Source: a virus (lineage: Duplodnaviria > Heunggongvirae > Uroviricota > Caudoviricetes). From it: DNA of 64,000 nt. The notes beneath the pieces were generated by a model. It made no database searches and was not told where the DNA came from. It saw only the letters and a list, made by a program, of their open reading frames with translations. A program made the translations under genes and the position numbers. Below are positions 39,219-49,339 of this stretch, in pieces; position 1 is the first letter of the stretch, and each line of letters starts with the position of its first letter. Location: positions 66,915 through 130,914 of IMG/VR virus record IMGVR_UViG_2974747673_000001. One strand, 5' to 3'.

Positions 39219-40028
39219 TTAATCTAATTGTATAAGTGTATTAGTACCATTGCCTTGAACTTTTGGAAGTTGTCCATTCCATTTTTCAATAGCCATCTTT
39301 CTAAGTAATTGTGGACTAAGTGAATTACTTTCAATAGCATTAGCTTTTGCTTTTAATTCCTTTTCTTTTAGTTCATATTCTGCCAATTTAACTTTGTTCT
39401 CTTGTTCCACTAATAATTTTTGTTGGTATGCTTTAGCAGTTTCAACTTCTTGTTCTGCAACCTTTTTCTTTTCAATAGCTCTTTCATAATCATCACTAAA
39501 ATCGTGATTAACTAAACTAACATTACTAACTGAAATACCATATAAAGCAAAGTCATCTTTTAAATCCTCATATATTTGTTTTGAAATTTCTGCTCTTTTA
39601 GACACAAATTCTTCTATTGTATATCTTGAAATAGTTGCTTGAACTATCTCTTTAACTCTTGGTCTTATAAATCTACTTTCATATTTTGACTGAAAAGCAG
39701 TATACAATTTCATAGGGTCAATAATACTAGCTTGTACAGTAAATTCTAGTTTTATACTTTGCATATCTTTTGTACTCACTTCCATAGTTGTATCCATTTC
39801 ATCTGTCTTACCAAAGATATATGTTTTCTCTCTTGTTTCCATATAAGTTCTACTTTGAACAAAAGGTATTTTAAAGTGTAATCCCTCTGTTTCTATTTTT
39901 GATACTTTACCAAAATTACTGATAATAGCAACTTCCCCTGTATCTACTGTATACCCATTCCAAAATAATAAAGCTAATATAATAACTACTACTCCACCTA
40001 AAATTCCTAATTTAATTTGTTTTTGCAT
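39219..40028 (-). CDS. SPFH/band-7 (prohibitin/HflK-like) membrane protein
   Basis: N-terminal transmembrane segment, then 'YTVDTGEVAIISNFGKVSKI' SPFH core and a coiled-coil C-terminus. Confidence 0.65.
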   Translation of the reverse strand: MQKQIKLGILGGVVVIILALLFWNGYTVDTGEVAIISNFGKVSKIETEGLHFKIPFVQSRTYMETREKTYIFGKTDEMDTTMEVSTKDMQSIKLEFTVQASIIDPMKLYTAFQSKYESRFIRPRVKEIVQATISRYTIEEFVSKRAEISKQIYEDLKDDFALYGISVSNVSLVNHDFSDDYERAIEKKKVAEQEVETAKAYQQKLLVEQENKVKLAEYELKEKELKAKANAIESNSLSPQLLRKMAIEKWNGQLPKVQGNGTNTLIQLD

Positions 40029-40402
40029 TAACTATCACTCTCCTCTTGTAAATGTGCTAATTCTAATTTAATATTTTTTAATTCATCTTGATATAAGAAT
40101 AGTAATACTTCATCCGTTGTATTCTTACTTTGTTGTTCTAAATAATTTTTTCTTTCATTTAAGGTATAAATATATTCTTTTATATTTTTAAATTCCTGTT
40201 CATCCTCATATTGAATAAATTTTAGTTTAGGAGGATAATAACCCCTAATTTTATTAGTTATTCCATCTTTAATTTTATATACTTTAACTGTTTCTGTTTT
40301 TAAACAATTATGACATATAAATATATAATTATTGATTTCCTCCAAATACATTTTATGAAATCTATCTTTTTTAATTTCTTTACCACAAACTTCGCACTTC
40401 AT
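40028..40402 (-). CDS. zinc-ribbon hypothetical protein
   Basis: 'CEVCGKEI ... CHNCL'. Confidence 0.35.
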   Translation of the reverse strand: MKCEVCGKEIKKDRFHKMYLEEINNYIFICHNCLKTETVKVYKIKDGITNKIRGYYPPKLKFIQYEDEQEFKNIKEYIYTLNERKNYLEQQSKNTTDEVLLFLYQDELKNIKLELAHLQEESDS

Positions 40403-40666
40403 TTATAATACACTTCCTAACTTATATTTAGAATTATACTCATTTAATATTTCTTCAATAGCATTAATTTTCCATAAGTATTTTCTTTCAGACATTCTAT
40501 TAAAATATTTATTGATATAAGTCATATTTTTTCTATTGATTTCTAATTTATGTTGTAATTTATCAAGTTTTTTAGTATAATAATTTAACTCATTCTCTAA
40601 AAATTTATGAGATTTACCTAAGTATTCATCTTTATATCTTTCATACTTCCAATTATGTTCTAACAT
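40403..40666 (-). CDS. hypothetical protein
   Basis: 87 aa. Confidence 0.35.
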   Translation of the reverse strand: MLEHNWKYERYKDEYLGKSHKFLENELNYYTKKLDKLQHKLEINRKNMTYINKYFNRMSERKYLWKINAIEEILNEYNSKYKLGSVL

Positions 40667-40669
40667 TTA

Positions 40670-41422
40670 TCACTCTCCTATATAAACTAATTTTTCAATA
40701 TAATCTTTATTATCTTTAAAAATTGGTATTTCTTTATCTAATACCCAACCTTTATCTGTTTTGATACAACAAGTACCTCTCTTTTCACAAGTTAGAAATG
40801 AATGATAATTTACACCTACATTATCTAACATATCTACTATATCTTTTCCATTCTTATTTTCTAATTCATTATGAGTGAAATAAGCTCTACCTATCATTTG
40901 TATTGCATTTTTAATAGCATCTTGTTGTCGCCAAACAAAATAATTATTGACTTCTTCTTTTTGTAAATTGAATGCTCTACTATCAAATACTGTTAAATCT
41001 TTAGTTTTTTGTCTTAGTAGAGTTCTATATTCTGCACTTCCTTTCATATCATAGCAATAATTCTCAACATTATATCTAAATATAATATTAAAATAAACAC
41101 TAGCCATACTAGATGTAATACTAACAACTTTACTTAAATTATTATCAAACCAAGCACTGCTCTCTAAATTCTCATAATCTATTAACAATAAACTAATCTC
41201 ATCAGATTGAGTATAACCTAGTACACAACCTTGAACATTCTCACATAAGTATTTCAGAGTATCTTGCATAGATTCCATAAATATGTGGTCAAAGGGTTTT
41301 TTCATACCTTTTGTAAATGTATGAAATGCTTTACCATCAATTCTTATAATAACAGGTGTTCTACATATTAAATAATGTCTAGTAACATACTCATACTTTT
41401 TCATTCTTTCATCTAATTTCAT
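40670..41422 (-). CDS. Thg1-like protein (tRNA-His guanylyltransferase family, 3'-5' polymerase)
   Basis: N-terminal 'KYEYVTRHY...CRTPVIIRIDGKAFHTF' matches the Thg1/TLP signature (F.YVR.FE......Y.VVRIDGR.FH.F). Length 250 aa. Confidence 0.7.
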   Translation of the reverse strand: MKLDERMKKYEYVTRHYLICRTPVIIRIDGKAFHTFTKGMKKPFDHIFMESMQDTLKYLCENVQGCVLGYTQSDEISLLLIDYENLESSAWFDNNLSKVVSITSSMASVYFNIIFRYNVENYCYDMKGSAEYRTLLRQKTKDLTVFDSRAFNLQKEEVNNYFVWRQQDAIKNAIQMIGRAYFTHNELENKNGKDIVDMLDNVGVNYHSFLTCEKRGTCCIKTDKGWVLDKEIPIFKDNKDYIEKLVYIGE

Positions 41423-41928
41423 TACACTACCTCAATTTCTAGGTTATCACATTGTAGTAAAATATCTTCAAATACACCACTAAGCTTTCTATATAATTGT
41501 ATACTCATATTATCAATTTCAGATATTAAAACTAACTTTAATTTATTATCTAAAATTGTATAATCAAACCAATATTCATTATCTTTATCTTTGATAACTA
41601 AATACTCTTGTTTGCAATCTAACTCTAAACTTGCTTTGTCAAATAATTCATTTAATTTTTCAACTAATAAATTAAATTTACTAATTAAAATTTGTCTATT
41701 CTTTGCTTGTTCTCTTATTTGTTTTATCTCATTCAAAGAATTAATTGCATATACATTATTAGATTCATAATTACTATGTAATTTATATGTCTTTAAATCT
41801 AATAACATCATTAAAAGTTTATAATGCTCCTTTTGACAATCCCCTTTAAGAGTATTTACCTTTTCATTACAATGTTCTATTGCTATTTGTAAATCTCTTA
41901 TATCATAACTTAAATCTTTTTCATTCAT
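41422..41928 (-). CDS. hypothetical protein
   Basis: 168 aa. Confidence 0.4.
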   Translation of the reverse strand: MNEKDLSYDIRDLQIAIEHCNEKVNTLKGDCQKEHYKLLMMLLDLKTYKLHSNYESNNVYAINSLNEIKQIREQAKNRQILISKFNLLVEKLNELFDKASLELDCKQEYLVIKDKDNEYWFDYTILDNKLKLVLISEIDNMSIQLYRKLSGVFEDILLQCDNLEIEVV

Positions 41929-42000
41929 ATTACACCACTTCCTTTTTATTTTGATAATTAATTATAGCATATATAAAACAAGATGTCAACAAAAATTTTA

Positions 42001-42032
42001 AGAAATAAAAAGAGTAGGTAATTCCTACTCTT
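42001..42032 (-). terminator. rho-independent terminator
   Basis: AAGAGTAGG-taatt-CCTACTCTT hairpin plus T-run (minus sense). Confidence 0.5.
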
Positions 42033-42477
42033 TACTAAATTTTTCACATACTCTTGTGTATTCATTACTGAATAAATTATTTGAATATTTTAAAATTTTA
42101 TTAGCATTTCTTGGATAAAGGTAAATTATTAAATCTAGGAGTAAAGTATCATAATGAAGTTCACTTGTGTATTCTAATACTCCTTGAGCCTTAGTTCTAT
42201 TTAAGTTTTTAGCTTTTATATACTTACTCAATAAATCTAAATTAAATCTATTTTTTAATTCAGTATATATTTCACGATATACTTCTGTCTTTTTCACATA
42301 TTTAAAGGTGTTATCCTCAAAAACTGAATCTAATATCATTACAATATTTTCCACTAAGGTAGGTTTCATTTTTCTATCCCAATAAAATAAATCCTCTATT
42401 ATTTGTAATTTTCTAATTTCATCTTTTAATTCCTCATTTTCTTTTTTTAATAACTCTAATTCTTTGTTTAAATCCAT
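42025..42477 (-). CDS. hypothetical protein
   Basis: 150 aa. Confidence 0.4.
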   Translation of the reverse strand: MDLNKELELLKKENEELKDEIRKLQIIEDLFYWDRKMKPTLVENIVMILDSVFEDNTFKYVKKTEVYREIYTELKNRFNLDLLSKYIKAKNLNRTKAQGVLEYTSELHYDTLLLDLIIYLYPRNANKILKYSNNLFSNEYTRVCEKFSKE

Positions 42478-42481
42478 ATAA

Positions 42482-42991
42482 CTAATCCCTCATCTTTTCT
42501 AAATATTCTTGTAATTCTTTATTATATCTTAAACCAATCTCTAATTCATCAAATATATTTTCTATCTTTTTAATGTGATATTTAATATTTTCTTGATATT
42601 TTTGACAAAGTAACAAAACTACCTCTTTTAATTTTATTCTATCCTCATAATATATACTTTCATTTGTTAAAATATTTGTTTTAAAAAATATTCTTTTAAG
42701 GTCAAATATAAGATTATTAACTTTAAAATCTATACTGAAAGGTCTAGTATCATTACTTATTAAGTTAAATTCCTTATCTATTAGAGGTTGACAATGTTCA
42801 ATTAATAGTATTATACTATCCATTTTATCTAATAAAAACTCATCATAAGTGTATTTATTTCTATCTAATCCAAACTTTTTATATTTATTTTCAAATTTTT
42901 CTACATTTCTTTCTTTAAGATTTAAAAACTTATTTTGAAAATTATATTTTTCAAGATAACTATGTAAATCTACTTCTCTAAATTTCTTCAT
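42482..42991 (-). CDS. hypothetical protein
   Basis: 169 aa. Confidence 0.4.
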   Translation of the reverse strand: MKKFREVDLHSYLEKYNFQNKFLNLKERNVEKFENKYKKFGLDRNKYTYDEFLLDKMDSIILLIEHCQPLIDKEFNLISNDTRPFSIDFKVNNLIFDLKRIFFKTNILTNESIYYEDRIKLKEVVLLLCQKYQENIKYHIKKIENIFDELEIGLRYNKELQEYLEKMRD

Positions 42992-43828
42992 CTAATTCTC
43001 CATTCTTTTTACAACAGTATCAAATAAAGCTAATAAAGTCAACATTCCTACACTATCTTTTGTGTCTGTATATTGAATATTATTTTTAACAGGTTGATAT
43101 TCATTAACTAATTTTCCATTATGAACACAAGTACCTACATTAAATACTAATACAGGCTTTTTATCACTTGTATGAAAATCTCCTATACTACCTTTAACTC
43201 CACTTGCACAAATTATTATATCTGCATTCTTACAAGCATACATCATATACTCATAACTAGAGTTAGTATTAACACACATAACATCATTCTTATAATATCT
43301 TGTAAGTATATTCATTAATGGTTTTCCTACTGTTCTACCTTTACCTATAATAGCTATTTGTTTCTTTGCAAAATCCTCTATATTTAACCAATCTAAAAAT
43401 TGCATTATTCCTTTTGGGGTTGCAGGTGCATAATCATAGTTGTTTGTATCTAACCATTCTGATATATCTAATCCCTCTACATCTAATCCTTTTGCTATTA
43501 ATTTTTTATATGCTTTATAAATATTATCTTCACAAGGCATATCTAACATACAAGGTATTCTATTACCATTTATATCTCGTAGGACATCTTTTAAGCCTTG
43601 TATTGAGGTAATAGGTATTGCTACTATCTCTAATCCTAACATTTGTCCAAAAGCCATTCTATGTTTTGCATATAACATACAACCTTTATCGTTTTCATTT
43701 GTTAATATATAGAATTTCTTTTTTAATCTAAGTTGTCTTACTCTATTTTGCAACTCTTCAACTCTAAGATTAAAATATTTTCTCATCTCGTCTTTTAATT
43801 TCAATTCTGAAAGCCTTAGCATAGCCAT
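42992..43828 (-). CDS. folD: methylenetetrahydrofolate dehydrogenase/cyclohydrolase (FolD-like)
   Basis: 'IAIIGKGRTVGKPLMNIL', 'CKNADIIICASGVKG' and 'VLVFNVG' follow the FolD NAD(P)-domain pattern. Confidence 0.65.
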   Translation of the reverse strand: MAMLRLSELKLKDEMRKYFNLRVEELQNRVRQLRLKKKFYILTNENDKGCMLYAKHRMAFGQMLGLEIVAIPITSIQGLKDVLRDINGNRIPCMLDMPCEDNIYKAYKKLIAKGLDVEGLDISEWLDTNNYDYAPATPKGIMQFLDWLNIEDFAKKQIAIIGKGRTVGKPLMNILTRYYKNDVMCVNTNSSYEYMMYACKNADIIICASGVKGSIGDFHTSDKKPVLVFNVGTCVHNGKLVNEYQPVKNNIQYTDTKDSVGMLTLLALFDTVVKRMEN

Positions 43829-44421
43829 TTTGGTGTTTCCTCCTCTGTATCTATATCATTACTACCCTCTTCGTAGATAGGTCTATTTTCACTATCTAAA
43901 CCTGTTAGAATTGATGTATCATTTTTAGTAGGAAATATGTTGATTAAATTAAGTTTTCCAAACAAGCTAATCATATTTTCAACTAAACAAGCTACAAACT
44001 CATCTTTTTCTGCAATAGCAAATAATTCTTTTGGTGTATAAATATCAAAATCTTTATTATCTATATTTACTGCATATATGCACCAATAAGCTACAAGAGT
44101 TAATACATAAAGATAAAATGGATTAGAATTTCTAAATTCCATTAATTGTTGTGCAGTTAATCTTTTAACATTATCCTCATCATCTATAAATAAAATTTCT
44201 TGTAAAAAGTTTAATATTCCATCTATATCCCTATTAGTATCTAAGTACATAGCTTTTAAAGTTTTACTAGGTATTTTTGTGTTAAAATCTCCCCATTCAT
44301 AGTGTTTACCATTAACCACTAATAATACTTCTTGAGTTTCTCTATTTAATAATCCACTAACTACAAACATATTATAAAACCCACCTATATTTTTGTAAAT
44401 TACCCTTAAAATCGCTTTCAA
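43816..44421 (-). CDS. hypothetical protein
   Basis: 201 aa. Confidence 0.4.
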   Translation of the reverse strand: MKAILRVIYKNIGGFYNMFVVSGLLNRETQEVLLVVNGKHYEWGDFNTKIPSKTLKAMYLDTNRDIDGILNFLQEILFIDDEDNVKRLTAQQLMEFRNSNPFYLYVLTLVAYWCIYAVNIDNKDFDIYTPKELFAIAEKDEFVACLVENMISLFGKLNLINIFPTKNDTSILTGLDSENRPIYEEGSNDIDTEEETPKWLC

Positions 44422-45041
44422 ATAACTTTATTTTCATTTCCAACCATCTCCTTTTTAACTTGTTCAAAGATTTCTATATTAGTATCTTTTTTATTCATTT
44501 CATTTTCCTTTAACATAATTAAATCTTTTTGAAATATATCAAATCCAAAATAAGATGCTTTAAAACTTGGTCTATTATTAATTTCTCTATCAAAATTATA
44601 AAATTCCATTCTTTGTCTAGGTATTAATAATTGAAAATTTTTATTATACTTCTCTGCAACATCGTTTATAACAGCATCATTTAATACAGTTATAGGTAAT
44701 AATAAAGCAAATGGTTTACCTAAATTTAAACATCTTTCTATAAATTTTCTCTTTTCTTTATAAGGTGGGTTACTAATTATAATATCCCACTCTTCAGGTT
44801 CATAAGTGAAAAAATCTTTATTTTCATCAATATGACTATATACAACTTTAAAGCCATTTTCACTAAGTATTCTACAAAATGCACTCCACTCTTTATCAAA
44901 TGGACACCATATTATTTTGTCTTTTAAATGCTGAATATAAGGTAGTAATATTTTTACTCCATAATCAAATGTATAATTTTCATCATCTTCAATAGATTGA
45001 TAATATAATCTATTTGTATCTAATTGTTTTTCTTTACTCAT
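44418..45041 (-). CDS. putative DNA N6-adenine methyltransferase (small phage type)
   Basis: Motif IV 'IIISNPPYKE'. Upstream 'IIWCPFDKEWSAF' is a possible cofactor-binding region. Confidence 0.45.
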   Translation of the reverse strand: MSKEKQLDTNRLYYQSIEDDENYTFDYGVKILLPYIQHLKDKIIWCPFDKEWSAFCRILSENGFKVVYSHIDENKDFFTYEPEEWDIIISNPPYKEKRKFIERCLNLGKPFALLLPITVLNDAVINDVAEKYNKNFQLLIPRQRMEFYNFDREINNRPSFKASYFGFDIFQKDLIMLKENEMNKKDTNIEIFEQVKKEMVGNENKVI

Positions 45042-45108
45042 AATTTTCTCCTTTACACATTAATAATTAATTATAAACAATAGGAATACCTATATATATA
45101 ATTCTAGC

Positions 45109-47148
45109 CTAGATATTCCCTTTTCCCTTTCTTAATTTTACTATTTCTCCTAAAAATGTCTTTCTATTATACTTTGTATCTCTTTTTCTTGCATTCTCAA
45201 AGGTAAATTTATCATATAATACTGTTAAAGTTTTACTAGCACGAGATAATGCAGTATATACTAATTGTTTGGTTAACATAAATGTATGTGTTCTACTTGC
45301 TACAAATATTACATTTTCTGATGTACACCCTTGTAATTTATGTACTGTTGAACAATATGCAAGTTCCCAATTAACATCTCCATCTTTAAATTTAACTTCT
45401 CTATCATCATCTAGCATAGTAATAGTATATTCATATACTATCTCTACTTTTGAGTTTCCTTGTTTATCATAATAATGATTTTCCTCATATATTTCTTTAT
45501 CCTCTAATCTAAATCTATCTCCGTTAAATACCATTAGTTCATAGTTGTTTTTCATAACCATACCAATAGTTTTAGCATTAGGGTTATCTTTTTTATAAAG
45601 AGTATCTAAGACTTCATTAATTTTCTTAGTACCTTTATCTCCTACTTTTTGAGGTAGCATAATAGTAGTATTTTCAAAGTTATAAGGATTATTTGGGTCT
45701 ACACTATTCATTTCTTGCATATACTCATAAATAAATTTACCTAAAGCATCCCCAGTTTCTAATTCTTCAGATAGAGGTAACATAAATACATTAGGCTCTT
45801 CATTCATATACATAGTATCCTCCATAGGAGAGTAATCTACACAGTATTTATTACAAATATAAGGAATATATGTATCTGATTTTGCTCTCATTATTTCAGT
45901 TAATTCTGTTAGATTAGCTTTTATTTGTCCTATTTTTATTAGGTCTAAAATATCTCTAAAGAAGCAACCACTTGAGATGGGTTGGAGTTGGTTTGTATCC
46001 CCAACAAACACTAATTTAGGTAATTTAGGTATTTCTTCTTTTGGTACATCAGGATTTTCTCTTATAAACCTTTCTCTATAAGCCATTGCAGGCTCTAATA
46101 TATTATCACATAACATTTTAAAATGAGTTAATCCCCACATACCTAATTCATCACAATAATACACCATTTCATCTATATTTTCTGTATATAAATCTTCTTC
46201 TTTATTTATTGATTCTGACTTTCCTATACCTTTCATAGATAAAAAGTATCTATGTACAGTAAAGGCTTGTCTACCTGTGTAATTAGTTAATACTTTTGCT
46301 GATATACCTGTAGGGGTCATAAGTACCACATTATAGCCACTTCTAACTATTATATCTATCGCAACCTTAGAAGTATAGGACTTTCCTGAACCTCCAAGTC
46401 CTATAAGACAGTTAAATCCATAGGTTGAAAATTCTTGTATAAATTGATTTTGTTTTTCATTCAACTTAGCCTTATTCTTTTTTAATACATAATCAATATT
46501 TTCTTGTGTTACATAATCATATTTCTCTTGTTCTAACATTTTAAGATACTTAAATAAAGTCTTTTCCACCCAATAAGCTTCTCTACTTGTTATAAACTCA
46601 ACCTTATCTGCATATCCCTCTTGGTTGACATCTATAACTTTACAATGTACATCTAGTAATAATACATCAGATACTCTTATTCTATCTAATACATTTTCTC
46701 TTGTAATCTTATCTACTACTGTTCTATTGTATTGTTGCTTGTAATCATCTGTAATCTTAACTACATATTCAAAAAACTTACTGAATGGTAATATTGTACT
46801 TCCCTCTGTTCCATTAGCAATAAAATCTTCTATAAGTACATTAAAAGTTGTGATTGTGAAATAGTCAAAGTTAAATCCATTTACTATTCTTAGATAGTTT
46901 TGTAACCCTATTCCTTTCACATCTTTTACAAAGTTTTGTAAGTCTGCTCTAAATTTAGGTATCCATACACTATCTAATTCTCTTGTAGGTTTATACCCTA
47001 TTTCCAATAATCCTCTATCTGCTAATACACCTTTTACATATTTATAATATATAGCAGAAGCTACACTATCAGTTATCTTAAATTCTTTTTTAAGGAATAA
47101 ACACCATTTATAAGCGTCTACACCCATTTGTTTTTTTGTTAATGCCAT
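45109..47148 (-). CDS. RecD/Dda-like SF1B DNA helicase
   Basis: Walker A 'GLGGSGKSYT', 'VFVGDTNQLQPIS' (GDxxQLPP motif) and 'CSTVHKLQGCTSENVIFV' (motif VI). Confidence 0.75.
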   Translation of the reverse strand: MALTKKQMGVDAYKWCLFLKKEFKITDSVASAIYYKYVKGVLADRGLLEIGYKPTRELDSVWIPKFRADLQNFVKDVKGIGLQNYLRIVNGFNFDYFTITTFNVLIEDFIANGTEGSTILPFSKFFEYVVKITDDYKQQYNRTVVDKITRENVLDRIRVSDVLLLDVHCKVIDVNQEGYADKVEFITSREAYWVEKTLFKYLKMLEQEKYDYVTQENIDYVLKKNKAKLNEKQNQFIQEFSTYGFNCLIGLGGSGKSYTSKVAIDIIVRSGYNVVLMTPTGISAKVLTNYTGRQAFTVHRYFLSMKGIGKSESINKEEDLYTENIDEMVYYCDELGMWGLTHFKMLCDNILEPAMAYRERFIRENPDVPKEEIPKLPKLVFVGDTNQLQPISSGCFFRDILDLIKIGQIKANLTELTEIMRAKSDTYIPYICNKYCVDYSPMEDTMYMNEEPNVFMLPLSEELETGDALGKFIYEYMQEMNSVDPNNPYNFENTTIMLPQKVGDKGTKKINEVLDTLYKKDNPNAKTIGMVMKNNYELMVFNGDRFRLEDKEIYEENHYYDKQGNSKVEIVYEYTITMLDDDREVKFKDGDVNWELAYCSTVHKLQGCTSENVIFVASRTHTFMLTKQLVYTALSRASKTLTVLYDKFTFENARKRDTKYNRKTFLGEIVKLRKGKGNI

Positions 47149-47196
47149 TAAGTATCACTCTCCTTTTATTAATTTTTATAATATATTATAACATTT

Positions 47197-48666
47197 TTAT
47201 TTGTTGTTGTCAAGGTTATTATAAAATTCTGATAATTGTTCTCTAAGGTTAGTTATGTATTCTTTATAATTTTCATAACTTCTAGTAAAAAGTTCTTCAA
47301 AATTCTTAAATATTTGTTCTCTCATTCTATAAGATGGTAAATATAAATGTATATCCTTTTTCTCTCTTATTGCACTTCTAAATATCCATTGCACTAATTC
47401 AGATAGAGCATATAATTCTTCATCTAATTGAGAACGAACCCCTATATGTCCTCCTATTGCATTAAATAAACCCTCATAGATAGGATTTATATATTTATTG
47501 TATAAATAAATTAATACAGTTTTATTTTTATATTTATTAGTACTTCTTGCATTCAGAGATAAAAATTCTTTTGTATATCCTTTTCCTTTCAAAAATTCTT
47601 TTTTATCTTTGAGTGTAGTCCATAATATATGCTCTGCTTTACAAGGACATATATGTGTAATATAATTTAAAACATTTGCTTTTAACTTTTTAATCTCAGT
47701 TTCTTTATTTTTATTGTTTAAATAAGTATAGGTTAAAGAATATTCTTTTTTATTTTTACTATTTAAAGAACCCTCATATAAATGAATCTTAGGGTACATA
47801 TTTTTAAAATCTTTAATAGTATCTTGTATATTATAAGGTATTAAAAAATATTTAGAATTAGGTTTATAAACACTTTTCAAAGTATAGGGTATAGAATATA
47901 ATTTTAATAATCCTGCTAAATATTGACCTTCAAACATATAAGTTAAAATATAACATCTTCTTACCATAAAAAATATGTGCATAGGTAAAGCATAAATATA
48001 TAAATTACCTTTTTTTAATACTTGTCCAAATACACATTTATTTATAAAATGTTCATATAACCCTTTGGTTTTATCTTTTGAATTTAGATACTCTTTATCT
48101 AACCAATTAACTTCTTGGTATTTACAATCTTTTAAATAAGTACCTAATGCTATCATATTATTTGACAATAATAAATTCCAATCTTTTGAAGATAAAGTAT
48201 TATAAGAAAATACATTAGGCACTTCATCTAAATATAAATCATAATCTTGTTTTTCTATTTCCTCACACCAATCAATAGTAATATATTCAAATAATTTATG
48301 GGTCATAAGTATATTTTTTCTTTCTTGCATAGCTTTATATACATCTTTACTCTTTGATAATAATTCTTTTGAATTTTCATCTTTTTTACATTTAGGAATA
48401 TAAACATAAATATTTTCTTGTTTACATCTCTCAAATACTCTGTCTATTTCCTCTAGGAATGGAGTAACATAAATAAATTTATCTTTATGGTGTTTGTAAT
48501 TATCTATTAAATTTTGTATAGCCCATTGAGTTTTGCCTTTTCCACAAATTGCATCTACTATTTGTATATTTGTATTCCTACCCTCACTTAATGCAGTATA
48601 TCTAAGATTAAAGTTATTTAATCCTATCCATCTTTCTATATTTGTTTGTTTCTTTTGTTCTTTCAT
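47197..48666 (-). CDS. SF2 helicase-like / DEAD-like P-loop ATPase
   Basis: Motif I 'AICGKGKTQWA' and Walker B 'DLYLDEVPNV'. First gene of the minus-strand block. Confidence 0.35.
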   Translation of the reverse strand: MKEQKKQTNIERWIGLNNFNLRYTALSEGRNTNIQIVDAICGKGKTQWAIQNLIDNYKHHKDKFIYVTPFLEEIDRVFERCKQENIYVYIPKCKKDENSKELLSKSKDVYKAMQERKNILMTHKLFEYITIDWCEEIEKQDYDLYLDEVPNVFSYNTLSSKDWNLLLSNNMIALGTYLKDCKYQEVNWLDKEYLNSKDKTKGLYEHFINKCVFGQVLKKGNLYIYALPMHIFFMVRRCYILTYMFEGQYLAGLLKLYSIPYTLKSVYKPNSKYFLIPYNIQDTIKDFKNMYPKIHLYEGSLNSKNKKEYSLTYTYLNNKNKETEIKKLKANVLNYITHICPCKAEHILWTTLKDKKEFLKGKGYTKEFLSLNARSTNKYKNKTVLIYLYNKYINPIYEGLFNAIGGHIGVRSQLDEELYALSELVQWIFRSAIREKKDIHLYLPSYRMREQIFKNFEELFTRSYENYKEYITNLREQLSEFYNNLDNNK

Positions 48667-49272
48667 AAATTAATACCTCCTATTTTATTATTTGCTAGTA
48701 GTTAAACATAGCATAAATACTAAGATTTTTAATTGTCAATTAAGCAAAAACTCAATATATATATTATAAATTCTTATGTTGAGTATATTATGTCCATAAA
48801 ATATTAATATTATGTATATTTTAATTTTTCTTTATGTATCAATGGATTTATATTTTGTGTATCATATTCATTCTTACAATTTTATAGTTGATTTAGTAGT
48901 TTGTTATTCAAAAATTTATTTAATAATACCAATGTATAATTAATAGTAAATGTATTCAAATAGTAGTATTTACTAAGATTTTAAAACACTGATTTTATGT
49001 TATGTTGAGGCTTGTAAAAAATTTTGCTCAACCAGTCTATTTTTCATTATTGTGGCTTTTTTAAAAAATATAGGCAAAATCCACACTATTCAACACTTGT
49101 ATTTTTGGTGTGTTCAGAGAAATACTCAATATAATATATATATAGAAAAGAGAACACAACACAACCCAAAGAGCTTTAGCTCTGTTGAATACTCCCAAGC
49201 AAATTTATTGTATTATATCATAATATTAGCATAAAGTCAAGTATATTTGATAATATTTTATAAAAATATTAC

Positions 49273-49301
49273 TTGACTTATTCAAAAAAGTATGTTATAA
49301 T
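49273..49301 (+). promoter_or_regulatory. promoter TTGACT-N17-TATAAT for the plus-strand block, flanked by 10-bp inverted repeat AAGTCAAGTA / TACTTGACTT
   Basis: -35 at 49273-78 and -10 at 49296-301. Inverted repeat arms at 49234-43 and 49271-80. Confidence 0.55.
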
Positions 49302-49339
49302 TAGTTAAAATATAATTATTAATAGGAGGTATATCATAA

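Noticed and set aside
43366-43611. 81-aa plus-strand ORF inside folD
   Set aside because: Antisense to a motif-bearing FolD-like gene.
45269-45472. 67-aa plus-strand ORF inside the RecD-like helicase gene
   Set aside because: Antisense, Ser/Leu-rich, with no translation signals.
49052-49234. 60-aa ORF in the divergent control region
   Set aside because: No RBS, lies across promoter/operator repeats, and has an implausible composition. The region is better explained as regulatory DNA.
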